Source of the DNA: a virus
Taxonomy: Duplodnaviria > Caudoviricetes
DNA length: 41,445 nucleotides
Virus record (IMG/VR): IMGVR_UViG_3300024232_000027
Span: 1-41,445 of that record
Strand: one strand, 5' to 3'
Positions 8,148 to 17,620 of this stretch are shown one piece after another. The number at the start of each line of letters is the position of its first letter. Positions within the stretch are counted from its first letter, which is position 1. The position numbers were made by a program, and so were the translations under genes. Below the pieces are notes generated by a model that had not been told where the DNA came from, ran no database searches, and worked only from the letters and a program-made list of their open reading frames with translations.

Positions 8148-8503
8148 AAAAACTAATCGTGGCAATTATCCTTACGTTGCCCACACTTGCATACGGTCAA
8201 CAAGCTACGCCTAATAATAAATTTGCGTGGGACCAGTCGGCGCCATTACTATCAGACGCGCAGGCATACACGTATAAGTATTATCCGGATGGCTCTACTA
8301 CCGCTGTTACATTCGTTGGTGTGACTTGTACTGGTTCTACATCACCATTTCAATGTGAAGTAGCTATTCCAGCATTTACACCTGGTAATCACACTATTCA
8401 ATTAACAGCAACTAATATCGCAGGGGAAAGTGCTAAATCTAGCCCTTTCGCTTTCACTTTCGTTGTAACCCCGGCCACCCCTGCTAATATTCGTATCAAG
8501 TAA
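8144..8503 (+). CDS. Sec-exported Ig/FN3-like single-domain protein
   Basis: Signal peptide MKKLIVAIILTLPTLAYG; FAWD, YTYKYY, PGNHTIQLTATNIAGESAKS, PATPANIRI are FN3-like motifs; one Cys pair. Confidence 0.7.
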   Translation: MKKLIVAIILTLPTLAYGQQATPNNKFAWDQSAPLLSDAQAYTYKYYPDGSTTAVTFVGVTCTGSTSPFQCEVAIPAFTPGNHTIQLTATNIAGESAKSSPFAFTFVVTPATPANIRIK

Positions 8504-10174
8504 ATGCCGTTCGATTCTACGGGTAAATGGAAGCCAAACGATAAACAAGCTGCATTTCTAGCTGTTCCTAATGATGTTAAAGAAGCATTTTATGGTGGAG
8601 GTGCTGGGTCTGGTAAATCAGAAATACTATTAGTCTATCCAATTGTTAGACGATGGTATCAAAATCCAAAGTTCAAGCAAGTTTTCATGCGAAGAACTTA
8701 TCCTGAACTTAGGAATGAAATAGTTCCACGGTCTAAAGAGTTTTACTATAAGCTTGGAGCCACATTCAATAAATCCGAAATGTCATGGTGTTTTCCTGCT
8801 CCAGACCAATTCGGTGGTAGAGGATTAGCTAATTATGGTGCAATGGTATATTTGGGTCATTGCGAAAATGAAGATGATGTCCATCAGTATGATTCGATGG
8901 AAATCAATCTGTTTACACCAGACGAGCTTACTAGTTTCACAGAATGGATTTATCTTTATATTGGATTAACTCGTGTCAGAACGAGTGACATTAATCTTCC
9001 GGCTGTCATACGTGCTGCTGGTATGCCTGGTGGTATTGGTCACACTTGGGTCAATAACAGGTTTGTTCGTCATAATAAAAAAGGAAATATCGTTCTCGAA
9101 GGACGCGGTGGGAATCGACGTATATTTATTTTTGCTACTCTTGCTGATAACGAACATATTGACCCTAATTACGCGCAATCGCTAGAAGGATTACCAGAGG
9201 CCGAAAAGAAGGCTAAAAAATATGGTGATTTTGACGCGTATCTAGGTCAGGTATTTGATGAGTATCGTGATAGACATTATCCAGATGAACCGGATAATGC
9301 ATTACACTTAATCGAACCTTTTGATATTCCTGAATGGTGGCCTAAGATTGTATCGATAGATTGGGGATTCGCGCCACCTGCTATGTCATACGCATGTTTT
9401 GGCGCGATTAGTCCTGAACGTAGAGTAATTGTTTATCGTGAATTAGCGTGGCAGAAAACAAAGATTGAAGAATGGGGCGCGCAATTAAAAGAACATATCG
9501 ATAGAGAGAATCCGCGCGTAGTCAAGCTTTGTCAATCTGCTAAACAAGACCGTGGACAAGACCATACTATAGAACAACAGGTCAATGCTGCAATCGGTAG
9601 AATCGTTGTGCTCAGTGGTAACACACCCGGTAGTCGTATTGCAACTAAACAATTATTGCACGAATATTTCAGGTGGAAAGCTAAGTATATCCCACATCAG
9701 GATATCAGAGCCTACAACGATGAATATGCAGCGTGGGTATTGCGAAACAGAGGATTACAAGAATATCAGTCGTACTTGGCATCATTTAATCCTCCACAGG
9801 AAGAAACTAATCTACCGAAAGTTCTAATATTCAATACTTGTCCTCTATTGAATAATGCAATTAAATCATGTGTGTATGATAAGACTAATCCAGAAGATGT
9901 AGCAGAATTTCCTGGTGATGACCCGTATGATGGATTCCGCTATCTAGTAGATACTGCTGATAAATTCTTTGATGAATCAGTCGATGAATTTAAAAAGATT
10001 CAAGAGACTCAGGCTATTGTAGAGAGATTGCAAGATACGTCAGATTGGACCGCGTATTATCGCAATCTTCGTAGAGTTCAAGAACCTGATAGAATGGCAC
10101 CAGTAGCTAGATATGCAAGGATGAATAAATTCCGTTATGGTAAAGTTGCTAGATTTTCTCCGAGAATACATTAA
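8504..10174 (+). CDS. terL: Terminase large subunit
   Basis: Walker A YGGGAGSGKS, RRTYPEL, Walker B FTPDELT, PGGIGH.WV, DNEHI; nuclease motifs SIDWGF and DDPYDGFRY. Confidence 0.93.
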   Translation: MPFDSTGKWKPNDKQAAFLAVPNDVKEAFYGGGAGSGKSEILLVYPIVRRWYQNPKFKQVFMRRTYPELRNEIVPRSKEFYYKLGATFNKSEMSWCFPAPDQFGGRGLANYGAMVYLGHCENEDDVHQYDSMEINLFTPDELTSFTEWIYLYIGLTRVRTSDINLPAVIRAAGMPGGIGHTWVNNRFVRHNKKGNIVLEGRGGNRRIFIFATLADNEHIDPNYAQSLEGLPEAEKKAKKYGDFDAYLGQVFDEYRDRHYPDEPDNALHLIEPFDIPEWWPKIVSIDWGFAPPAMSYACFGAISPERRVIVYRELAWQKTKIEEWGAQLKEHIDRENPRVVKLCQSAKQDRGQDHTIEQQVNAAIGRIVVLSGNTPGSRIATKQLLHEYFRWKAKYIPHQDIRAYNDEYAAWVLRNRGLQEYQSYLASFNPPQEETNLPKVLIFNTCPLLNNAIKSCVYDKTNPEDVAEFPGDDPYDGFRYLVDTADKFFDESVDEFKKIQETQAIVERLQDTSDWTAYYRNLRRVQEPDRMAPVARYARMNKFRYGKVARFSPRIH

Positions 10175-10535
10175 CATTCGTCGCGAGTCTAAGTCCTATT
10201 GTAAGTCATGTGAGACTTATAAAGAGCAGCTTAATCTCGCTAATCACGAGAAGCGAATGTTGTTAGAACAGTTTCTGCATCCTAATAAACCAGAACCTGT
10301 TCCTGTAGAAATTGCACCTCAGCCTATTATTCCTCAAATTGTGCCGTGGAAAATTCAGCGGGAAATGTTAGAAAAAGAGGACCGCGCGAAAGCTGCAACA
10401 TTAAGACGACAGGCTGAGGAAGAAGAAAAAGCTAGGAAATATGCGGCTGATAAACGTGAAAAAGAAGGACCAATTGAAGATAAAGGTATTTCAATAGATG
10501 CACTCGAAAAAGAATTAGAAATTGGAGCGAGCTAA
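10137..10535 (+). CDS. Hypothetical protein (CKSC, coiled coil)
   Basis: Overlaps the terL end and is TAATG-coupled to the next gene. Confidence 0.65.
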   Translation: MVKLLDFLREYINIRRESKSYCKSCETYKEQLNLANHEKRMLLEQFLHPNKPEPVPVEIAPQPIIPQIVPWKIQREMLEKEDRAKAATLRRQAEEEEKARKYAADKREKEGPIEDKGISIDALEKELEIGAS

Positions 10536-10744
10536 TGCCATTTGACCAAGTTCTACACAAATTCAAGAAAGGCACTCTACATAGTGGGTCTAAATCAGGT
10601 CCAACTGTAAATGATAGGAAACAAGCTATCGCTATTATGATGAGTGAAAAACGTAAGGCTGATAGTGGCGAATCTGAATATAAGCCTATTGGGCCAAGCA
10701 GTGATACAAAGAAGAAAATGTTCAGTAAGAAAGGAAAGAAATAA
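10535..10744 (+). CDS. DUF6496-like small basic protein
   Basis: FKKGTLHSGSKSGPTV.DRKQAIAIMMSE signature. Confidence 0.75.
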   Translation: MPFDQVLHKFKKGTLHSGSKSGPTVNDRKQAIAIMMSEKRKADSGESEYKPIGPSSDTKKKMFSKKGKK

Positions 10745-11185
10745 TTGTTACCTTTTACTAGAAAAGCAATTGAAGCGATTAACAATTATATTGTAGAACC
10801 TGAGTTTGGTTGTCATATCTATCAAGGTGATATTGACCCTAGCACTGGATATGGACGAATTCAAATTGAAGGTAAACGATATGGTGTTCATCGTTTAGTT
10901 TGTTTTTTAGTACTTGGATTAGATTTAAATGATGAAAAGAAATTTGCTTGCCATAAATTAATTTGTCCTAACAGAAGTTGTATAAATTCTGAGCATCTTT
11001 ATGTTGGTGATAATGAAAGTAATCAATTAGATGCTGTTAATAACCTTTGTAAAAAGGGTCATCCTTTAATTGGTGATAATGTTCTAACTAGAACAAGAAA
11101 AAATGGCAATACACAGAGAATGTGTAAAATTTGTTTTCAATTGTATCAGAAAAATTATAAAGCTAATTTGAGAAGGGTAGGGTAG
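10745..11185 (+). CDS. Free-standing HNH (His-Me finger) homing endonuclease with a C-terminal zinc module
   Basis: GCHIYQG, GYGRI, HRLV, CH..CPNRSCINSEHL..G...N, then CKKGH..CKIC; visibly more AT-rich than its neighbours. Confidence 0.85.
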   Translation: MLPFTRKAIEAINNYIVEPEFGCHIYQGDIDPSTGYGRIQIEGKRYGVHRLVCFLVLGLDLNDEKKFACHKLICPNRSCINSEHLYVGDNESNQLDAVNNLCKKGHPLIGDNVLTRTRKNGNTQRMCKICFQLYQKNYKANLRRVG

Positions 11186-11204
11186 CTATATCGCTAAGGG
11201 TGAT

Positions 11205-11657
11205 ATGCCTAATGCAGCTTCAGGTGCCGCATTTAATCCTAATATGAATGCTGGATTGCGCGGTGCTGGTTCGATTGGTAGATTTGGTAGTCCTATGGCG
11301 CCTACTGGACCCGGTGGTACTATGAGTGCTAGTGTTGGTCCTACGACTATGAATCCCGGCGCTGGTAGTGTAGGCCCATCACTTCAAGGTATGCAAAATA
11401 TGGGTCAATCAATGGGAATGTTAGGAACTACTCTCCCTAGAATGATGCCACCTGATAATAAGCCTACATCAGATTTTCCGCAAGGCGGAGTTGGTCCTAG
11501 TAACGGTGGACTAGAACAACTATTAAAGATTTTCATGAATTTGCAATCGCACAATCAACCAAATATGGGAGCAGGTTCATTACAAACACAGGGACCACAG
11601 GGAATATCACAACAAGCATATAATCAATACGGAATGCCCAGGAATCGTAATGTCTAA
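11205..11657 (+). CDS. Low-complexity Gly/Met/Pro/Gln protein, probably disordered
   Basis: Composition; RBS-like AAGGGTG; overlaps the portal start. Confidence 0.6.
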   Translation: MPNAASGAAFNPNMNAGLRGAGSIGRFGSPMAPTGPGGTMSASVGPTTMNPGAGSVGPSLQGMQNMGQSMGMLGTTLPRMMPPDNKPTSDFPQGGVGPSNGGLEQLLKIFMNLQSHNQPNMGAGSLQTQGPQGISQQAYNQYGMPRNRNV

Positions 11658-13998
11658 AGAAAAAGAATTGCCTGAACGTACGATTCAATGTATTAAGACA
11701 ATCGTAGATTGTTTTGATAAAGAGGATGTATTCGTACGAGAAAGGCAATTGCGACAAGCTCGCCAGATGAAATTACTATGGGCCGGATTTAGTAATATCT
11801 GGTATAGCGAGGTCGCGCATGATTGGCGTATTGGAAATAGTTCTGATTACTTAGATGCCGATACGTCAGCGTATTACGATAAGCCGATTAACGTATTTCG
11901 TGCGTATTTGGAGTCAATTATTGCTGCACTGGGCGCTCAGGTTCCTAATATTGATTGTTCGCCTGATGATGCGGATAATGCTCTAGATATTTCGACTGCT
12001 AAAGCTGGTAACAAGATTGCGGAATTAGTTTCAAAACATAATAACGCTCCATTACTTTTACTACATGCTCTATTCCTTTATTGCACTGAAGGAATGGTAG
12101 CCGCGTATAGCTATCCTAAAGAGGATGAAAAGTTTGGAACATACGAAAGTAAAGATTACGAGGACGAGGAAGAAGAATTACAATTTGCTGTGTGTCCAGT
12201 TTGTCAGGCTAATCTACCAGATGAAGCTCTATCAGATTTGGAGATGGACGAATACATGCCTGATGACGATGACGTATTAGCACATAGTACTATTCGTGAA
12301 AAAGGTGCTACTTGTCCTGAATGTCTAGCAATTATTGACCCTGAATATAGAACAGAAAAAATCATCGTTCCGCGTCTGATTGGAATCACTCGTAAGCCAA
12401 AGACTAGACAGTGTATTGAAGCATACGGCGTAATGAATGTTAAGGTGCCAGTATACGCGCGCACTATCGAAGAAGCACCATATTTAAAATATTCGTATGA
12501 CGTTCACTACAGTAAGGCTATTGCAGAATTTCCAAATGTGCGGAACAAGATGGGTGGAAACTCTAAGATATCACCCTCTTACGGTGGAATGGGAGACTAT
12601 TACGATAGATGGATGCGCCTTCCAGTCCAGTACTATGGGGATTATCCGCGTGATACAGCTACCATCAATCACTATTGGCTTCGACCTTGGTCATATAATA
12701 TTCTAACTGAAGAAGCTGACATTAAGGACCTACGAAAGAGATTCCCTGATGGAATCAAAGTTTCTTATGTCAATACAGAATTTGGTAAAGCGTGTAATGA
12801 AGCGTTAGACGATTGCTGGACTGTTACAAAGAATCCACTATCTGATTATATTCATTACGACCCACTAGGTCTGATGCTTACGTCTGTTCAAGAAATTACT
12901 AATGAAATTATTTCTCTTACATTACAGACAGTAGAACATGGTATTCCGCAAACATTCGCTGACCCGAATGTATTAGATTTTAATGCGTATCGTGACACGG
13001 AAGCTACACCCGGTGCTATTTATCCTACTAAGCCAGCATCAGGAAAATCTATTGGCGATGCATTCTACGAGGTCAAAACAGCTACACTATCGCAAGAGGT
13101 ATTACCATTTGCTGAGAAAATTCAGGAGATGGGACAATTAGCGTCAGGGGCATTGCCTAGTCTGTTTGGTGGTGCGCAGCCTAATAGCTCTAGAACAGCG
13201 GCGCAATATTCAATGTCACGCGCGCAGGCGCTACAGAGACAGCAAACACCGTGGAAGATGTTTACGTTTTGGTGGAAAGACATATTCGGTAAGGTCATTC
13301 CATCCTACATTAAATGTGCGAAATACGATGAGAAATACACACAGAAAGACCCATCAACTGGAAATTATGTAAACGTATTCATTAGGCGCGCGGAACTAGA
13401 AGGAACTATTGGAGATATTGAACTAGAAGCAGCGGAACAATTACCACTATCATGGGCATCGATTAAAGAAGTAGTCATGCAAATGATGCAAGGTGGCAAT
13501 CCTATGGTCATGCAAGCAATGATGGACCCTGAGAACATTCCATTCATTAAAAAGGCTATTGGATTGAATGAATTTCAAATTCCTGGTGAGGATGATAGAC
13601 AGAAACAGTATGAGGAAATTCGTCTATTAGTTCAGTCTAGTCCAATACCCGGACCTGATGGACAAATGGAACCTTCAGTAGATATAGACCCGAATGTAGA
13701 TAATAATCAGATTGAAGCAGATATTTGTCGTAGATGGGCTGTATCTGATGCAGGTAGATTGTGTAAGCAAGAAAATCCAGAAGGATATGCAAACGTATTA
13801 TTGCATATGAAGCGTCATATCGATGTTTTTCAGGCTATGATGGCGATGCAGGCAGCACAGGCGCCAACTAGCCCTAATGCGGCACCTAAAGAACCTGGTA
13901 GTAGTAATAATCAGGCACCTAATCCAATAGGTGATGATAAAGGTGCTAAACCAATGGCTGCCCCAATGCCGAGGAAAGCAAATGCAACAATCCAATGA
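11650..13998 (+). CDS. Portal protein
   Basis: 782 aa between terL and scaffold; INVFRAYLESIIAAL..PN, ASGALPSLFG..RTA..SMS, Q/P-rich tail typical of podoviral portals. Confidence 0.85.
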   Translation: MSKEKELPERTIQCIKTIVDCFDKEDVFVRERQLRQARQMKLLWAGFSNIWYSEVAHDWRIGNSSDYLDADTSAYYDKPINVFRAYLESIIAALGAQVPNIDCSPDDADNALDISTAKAGNKIAELVSKHNNAPLLLLHALFLYCTEGMVAAYSYPKEDEKFGTYESKDYEDEEEELQFAVCPVCQANLPDEALSDLEMDEYMPDDDDVLAHSTIREKGATCPECLAIIDPEYRTEKIIVPRLIGITRKPKTRQCIEAYGVMNVKVPVYARTIEEAPYLKYSYDVHYSKAIAEFPNVRNKMGGNSKISPSYGGMGDYYDRWMRLPVQYYGDYPRDTATINHYWLRPWSYNILTEEADIKDLRKRFPDGIKVSYVNTEFGKACNEALDDCWTVTKNPLSDYIHYDPLGLMLTSVQEITNEIISLTLQTVEHGIPQTFADPNVLDFNAYRDTEATPGAIYPTKPASGKSIGDAFYEVKTATLSQEVLPFAEKIQEMGQLASGALPSLFGGAQPNSSRTAAQYSMSRAQALQRQQTPWKMFTFWWKDIFGKVIPSYIKCAKYDEKYTQKDPSTGNYVNVFIRRAELEGTIGDIELEAAEQLPLSWASIKEVVMQMMQGGNPMVMQAMMDPENIPFIKKAIGLNEFQIPGEDDRQKQYEEIRLLVQSSPIPGPDGQMEPSVDIDPNVDNNQIEADICRRWAVSDAGRLCKQENPEGYANVLLHMKRHIDVFQAMMAMQAAQAPTSPNAAPKEPGSSNNQAPNPIGDDKGAKPMAAPMPRKANATIQ

Positions 13999-15229
13999 TG
14001 GACCTATTGAAAATCGTGATTTAGGTGTTTCTGGTATCATTGACCTATTAGATGAAGAAACTCCAGAAACTATTCCATTAGAAAAACCTGCTAAAGAGCC
14101 TGTAAAAGAAGAAACTGAAGAAACAACAGAAGAAACTGAAGAAACTGAAAAAGAACCTGAAATTAAATTAGCTGAAGAAGATGATGAAGAAACAGAACCA
14201 GAAATTAATGAAGAAGAATTAGAGATTATAGCTCCGGCTAAACGCTCTGAAATTCTTAAAGCGTTTCCAGACTTATTTAAAAAGTTTCCACATCTCGAAA
14301 AAGCGTATTATCGTGACCAGAAGTATTCGGAACTGTTCGGCACACCTCAAGATGCTGAACAGGTAATAGAGACAGCTAAAACATTTACCCAATTTTCCGA
14401 TAACCTGTTAAAAGGTAATACGGAGACTGTTTTAAAGTCAGTAAGAGAGCAGAATCCTGAAGCATTCGGAAAAATTGTAGATAACTATCTAACAACATTA
14501 AAGGAAGTAGATGAGCGCGCGTTCTATCACGTCGTTCAGAATACTCTTAAGAGTACTGTAGCGGCGATGGTTAGTGAAGCTAGTCGTAGTAACGATGAAG
14601 AATTACTAGCAGCCGCGCGCTCATTACACAAATTTGCTACTGGAACTACTGAATGGAAGAATCCAGAATCATTTAGTAAGACTAAGCCAAAAGAAGATGT
14701 TGAACAGGAGAATGAATTAGCAAAAGAAAGAATGCAATTTTTCCAAGAACGATTTGAAACAGTTCAAGGTGAATTGCAAAGTAGAGTTGATGGTGTTCTT
14801 AAGAATACTATTGACCAAAATATGGACCCGAAAGGTTCCATGACTAGTTATGTTAAGCGCGTTGCTGTTAATGAGGCAATGCAAACTGTTCAAAAACAGA
14901 TTAGTGCAGATTCTCAGTTTAGACGATTGTTAGACAGGCTATGGGAGAAAGCCGCGGAAGATAAATTCTCCAAACAGTCTACTGAGAAGATTAGGTCTGC
15001 TTATTTGGCGAAGGCGAAATCATTACTACCTGGCGCAATCAAACAATCCCGAAATGAAGCCTTACGGGGATTAGGCAAAAGAGTGCGTGAGGAAACTGAT
15101 GAAACTAGTCCTGCTCGTACGACTACTGCTAAAAGGGAATCAGCCACTCCCCAAACATTACGTGGCTCTAATAGTAAGGAAAATGCTTCTAAGGGAAAGT
15201 CTACACTGGAATTTTTAAATGAGGACTAA
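13982..15229 (+). CDS. Capsid scaffolding protein
   Basis: Acidic N-terminus, helical body, directly before the capsid gene; start reassigned to ATG 13982 (GAGGAAAG upstream). Confidence 0.75.
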   Translation: MQQSNDGPIENRDLGVSGIIDLLDEETPETIPLEKPAKEPVKEETEETTEETEETEKEPEIKLAEEDDEETEPEINEEELEIIAPAKRSEILKAFPDLFKKFPHLEKAYYRDQKYSELFGTPQDAEQVIETAKTFTQFSDNLLKGNTETVLKSVREQNPEAFGKIVDNYLTTLKEVDERAFYHVVQNTLKSTVAAMVSEASRSNDEELLAAARSLHKFATGTTEWKNPESFSKTKPKEDVEQENELAKERMQFFQERFETVQGELQSRVDGVLKNTIDQNMDPKGSMTSYVKRVAVNEAMQTVQKQISADSQFRRLLDRLWEKAAEDKFSKQSTEKIRSAYLAKAKSLLPGAIKQSRNEALRGLGKRVREETDETSPARTTTAKRESATPQTLRGSNSKENASKGKSTLEFLNED

Positions 15230-15232
15230 CTA

Positions 15233-16480
15233 ATGGCAGTAGTTGAATCTAATGTTACTGCATTAGAACTTGAAAGAGTCATTCCAAAGATTCGGACAGT
15301 CTTTGAGCGTGACGATAAGTTTTATGCTAACATTAAGAAACAGGACGTTGAGGTAATTTCATATCGCCAGATGCGCATTCCACTGGAACTTCGTCCGGGT
15401 GGAAGTTTTCAATATTTTGGCGCTGATGGTGGTGATTTGGGTCGCGGTGGCGGCCCACAGTGGGACAAGGCCGTACTAACGCCGGTATTCATGTCAGAAA
15501 ATATTGAATACACGAAGTTAGTGGAATGGTCAACGAATAGCGACCGTAAGGCTATTACGGCTGCTGTTCGTAGACTAGTTGCTACTGCTACGGACGAACT
15601 TCGTAGACAGCTAGATTCTCAAATGATGCAAGCTGGTAACGGTCAACTAGGAACTGTTACTAGCGTTGCTACTGCTGGCGGTGTTGATACTTATACTTGC
15701 ACCACCGATGGATTCGGTGTCCGTCTGATGAGATTCGGTCAGACTGTTCAATTGTATAACTCAACTCTAGCTACTCTCAAGGGTTCAGGTGTTATCACTG
15801 GATGGGACGTAGAGAATAAGACTGTTGACGTAACTCCGGCTATCGCTGGTTCTACTGGCGGTGACTTGATTGTGGTCAATGGTATTAGTTCACCTACAAG
15901 CCTACCCGCGCTATTCGGTGTTCCATATCATCATTCCAGTGCATCTACTGGAACATGGTTGGGATTCTCGCGTAGTTCTACTCCTGAAATTCGCGCGAAT
16001 CGTGTTAATGCATCGTCAGCCGCATTGACGTTGCCACTGCCACGCCTTGCTATCAATAAGATTGGTAACAGGACTGGTATTGACAACGATTTCAAACCGA
16101 ATGCATGGATGCATCCTGCACAGAAACAGGCGTATGAGGAAATTGGTCAGCTAATCAGCATCATTCAGAAACAGCCCAAAGATGAATCTTTGGATATGTA
16201 TTTTGATAAGATGCAGATGGCTGGTGCGCCAGTTAAGGAATCGTATAATTGGGACAAGACCCGTATCGATTTCGTCACTGATAGCATCTGGGGACGTGGA
16301 GAAACATTGCCACTCGGATTCTATAAGACTGATGGTAGGAATATCTTTGAAATTCGTGGCGCGTCAGGTGGCGTTGCTACGGCTGATATCTTCTACATGG
16401 TCGTTGGTATGCAGGTATTCGTAAACAATCCTGCTGCTTGCGCCTATATCGATACTCTGGCTGTTCCATCAGGATACTAG
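15233..16480 (+). CDS. Major capsid protein
   Basis: 415 aa after the scaffold, GAGG RBS, double TAG stop; followed by decoration-like genes. Confidence 0.85.
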   Translation: MAVVESNVTALELERVIPKIRTVFERDDKFYANIKKQDVEVISYRQMRIPLELRPGGSFQYFGADGGDLGRGGGPQWDKAVLTPVFMSENIEYTKLVEWSTNSDRKAITAAVRRLVATATDELRRQLDSQMMQAGNGQLGTVTSVATAGGVDTYTCTTDGFGVRLMRFGQTVQLYNSTLATLKGSGVITGWDVENKTVDVTPAIAGSTGGDLIVVNGISSPTSLPALFGVPYHHSSASTGTWLGFSRSSTPEIRANRVNASSAALTLPLPRLAINKIGNRTGIDNDFKPNAWMHPAQKQAYEEIGQLISIIQKQPKDESLDMYFDKMQMAGAPVKESYNWDKTRIDFVTDSIWGRGETLPLGFYKTDGRNIFEIRGASGGVATADIFYMVVGMQVFVNNPAACAYIDTLAVPSGY

Positions 16481-16485
16481 TAGCC

Positions 16486-16665
16486 GTGTTTAAGCTTGAA
16501 ATTTGTGGTATTGAGGACTTGGTATCATTTGTCAGCCTAATACGAGGTGAACAAATTGATACCGAGTTACTCAAAAAGCTTACTAAAACGGTTAATGAGT
16601 CTACTGATAAGCTTGAAGAAGCTATTTCATCACAAGAGGAAAAAAATGTCGAATCCGGTTCTTGA
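16486..16665 (+). CDS. Small helical hypothetical protein
   Basis: GTG just after the capsid stop; fills the gap to the next gene. Confidence 0.45.
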   Translation: MFKLEICGIEDLVSFVSLIRGEQIDTELLKKLTKTVNESTDKLEEAISSQEEKNVESGS

Positions 16666-16876
16666 TGCACTTAAGGATGCTGTTACTCGCGAAACTCAGG
16701 TTGTAGCGAGTGCAGTAGCCCTTATTAATGGTATCGCTGCTCGTGTTCAGGCTGCTGTTGATGCTGCTCTAGCCAATGGTGCTACGGCTGCTGAACTTCA
16801 GCCAGTTCAAGACGAAGTTAACACTCTGAATGCTAATGCTGATGCATTGGCGGCAGCCGTTCAAGCTAATACGTAA
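16646..16876 (+). CDS. Ala-rich helical protein (76 aa)
   Basis: GAGGA RBS before ATG 16646; MSNPVLDALKDAV...AAAVQANT. Confidence 0.7.
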   Translation: MSNPVLDALKDAVTRETQVVASAVALINGIAARVQAAVDAALANGATAAELQPVQDEVNTLNANADALAAAVQANT

Positions 16877-16910
16877 CTAAGAAACATATAGAAAGTGGAG
16901 GTGGAGGTAT

Positions 16911-17201
16911 ATGTTTCCTGGTACTACTACAAAACTGTCTGAAACAGTAGCCGCTTCAACAACGACTATTGATGTTAAATCAGACTTGATTCGACTAACA
17001 GGTTCTACAGCAATTGCTACTCTCAATCCATTCTTTGGTGGTGGCTTTAGTGGAATCTGCGTACTAGTTCCTGTGGATGGAACATTAGGGCTATTGACTA
17101 CGGGTAACATCGCTGTAGCTGTCACAATGGCACAGAACCGCGCAACAGTCATGGTTTATAGCAAACGGGCTAATGTGTGGTATCCGGGTGCGATTTCTTA
17201 G
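16911..17201 (+). CDS. Putative capsid decoration protein, paralog 1
   Basis: Strong RBS GGAGGT; LTGSTAIATL..TTGNIAVA..WYP. Confidence 0.65.
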   Translation: MFPGTTTKLSETVAASTTTIDVKSDLIRLTGSTAIATLNPFFGGGFSGICVLVPVDGTLGLLTTGNIAVAVTMAQNRATVMVYSKRANVWYPGAIS

Positions 17202-17212
17202 GAGTAGAATAA

Positions 17213-17524
17213 ATGAGTGATTTGCTGCATCAGAATATTAGCACGGTGCAGAGCCAGCTACAGCCGAATCCTGTAACGATGGCCGCTGCAACTACAATTG
17301 CTCCAAGTACCTTTATTACATTTCTTACTGGTACTACGAGCGTTGCTACTATTACACCGCCTGTATCCGGTCAGCATATGCTATGTCTTGTATCAACAGA
17401 TACAGGCACAACCAATGCTACGGTTACTACGGGTAATATCGCACTAGCATCTACGTTTGTTACAAAGAAAGCTTTGTACCTTGCGTATGACCCGGCTACT
17501 GCGAAGTATTATCCTAGCTACTAG
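17213..17524 (+). CDS. Putative capsid decoration protein, paralog 2
   Basis: AGGAG RBS; LTGTTSVATI..TTGNIALA..YYP. Confidence 0.65.
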   Translation: MSDLLHQNISTVQSQLQPNPVTMAAATTIAPSTFITFLTGTTSVATITPPVSGQHMLCLVSTDTGTTNATVTTGNIALASTFVTKKALYLAYDPATAKYYPSY

Positions 17525-17534
17525 TTGAAAGGAT

Positions 17535-17617
17535 TAGGTGGTGCTAGGAGCATAGCCGCTGGATTATCAGTCTGCTTCGGATAATTTAAGACTATCGGGG
17601 CCTAGCACCGCCTATTT
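17535..17617 (+). terminator. Long nested hairpin closing the head module (terminator, attenuator or processing site)
   Basis: 14-bp outer stem TAGGTGGTGCTAGG/CCTAGCACCGCCTA, inner GGATTATC/GATAATTT, short T run. Confidence 0.6.
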
Positions 17618-17620
17618 AAT

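Noticed and set aside
10745-11185. HNH gene as part of a group I intron
   Set aside because: Flanking genes have their own stop and start, and the spacers (0 and 19 nt) leave no room for a ribozyme core
16637-16648. A7 run as a programmed frameshift joining 16486-16665 to 16646-16876
   Set aside because: GAGGA plus the A run is adequately explained as RBS and spacer for ATG 16646
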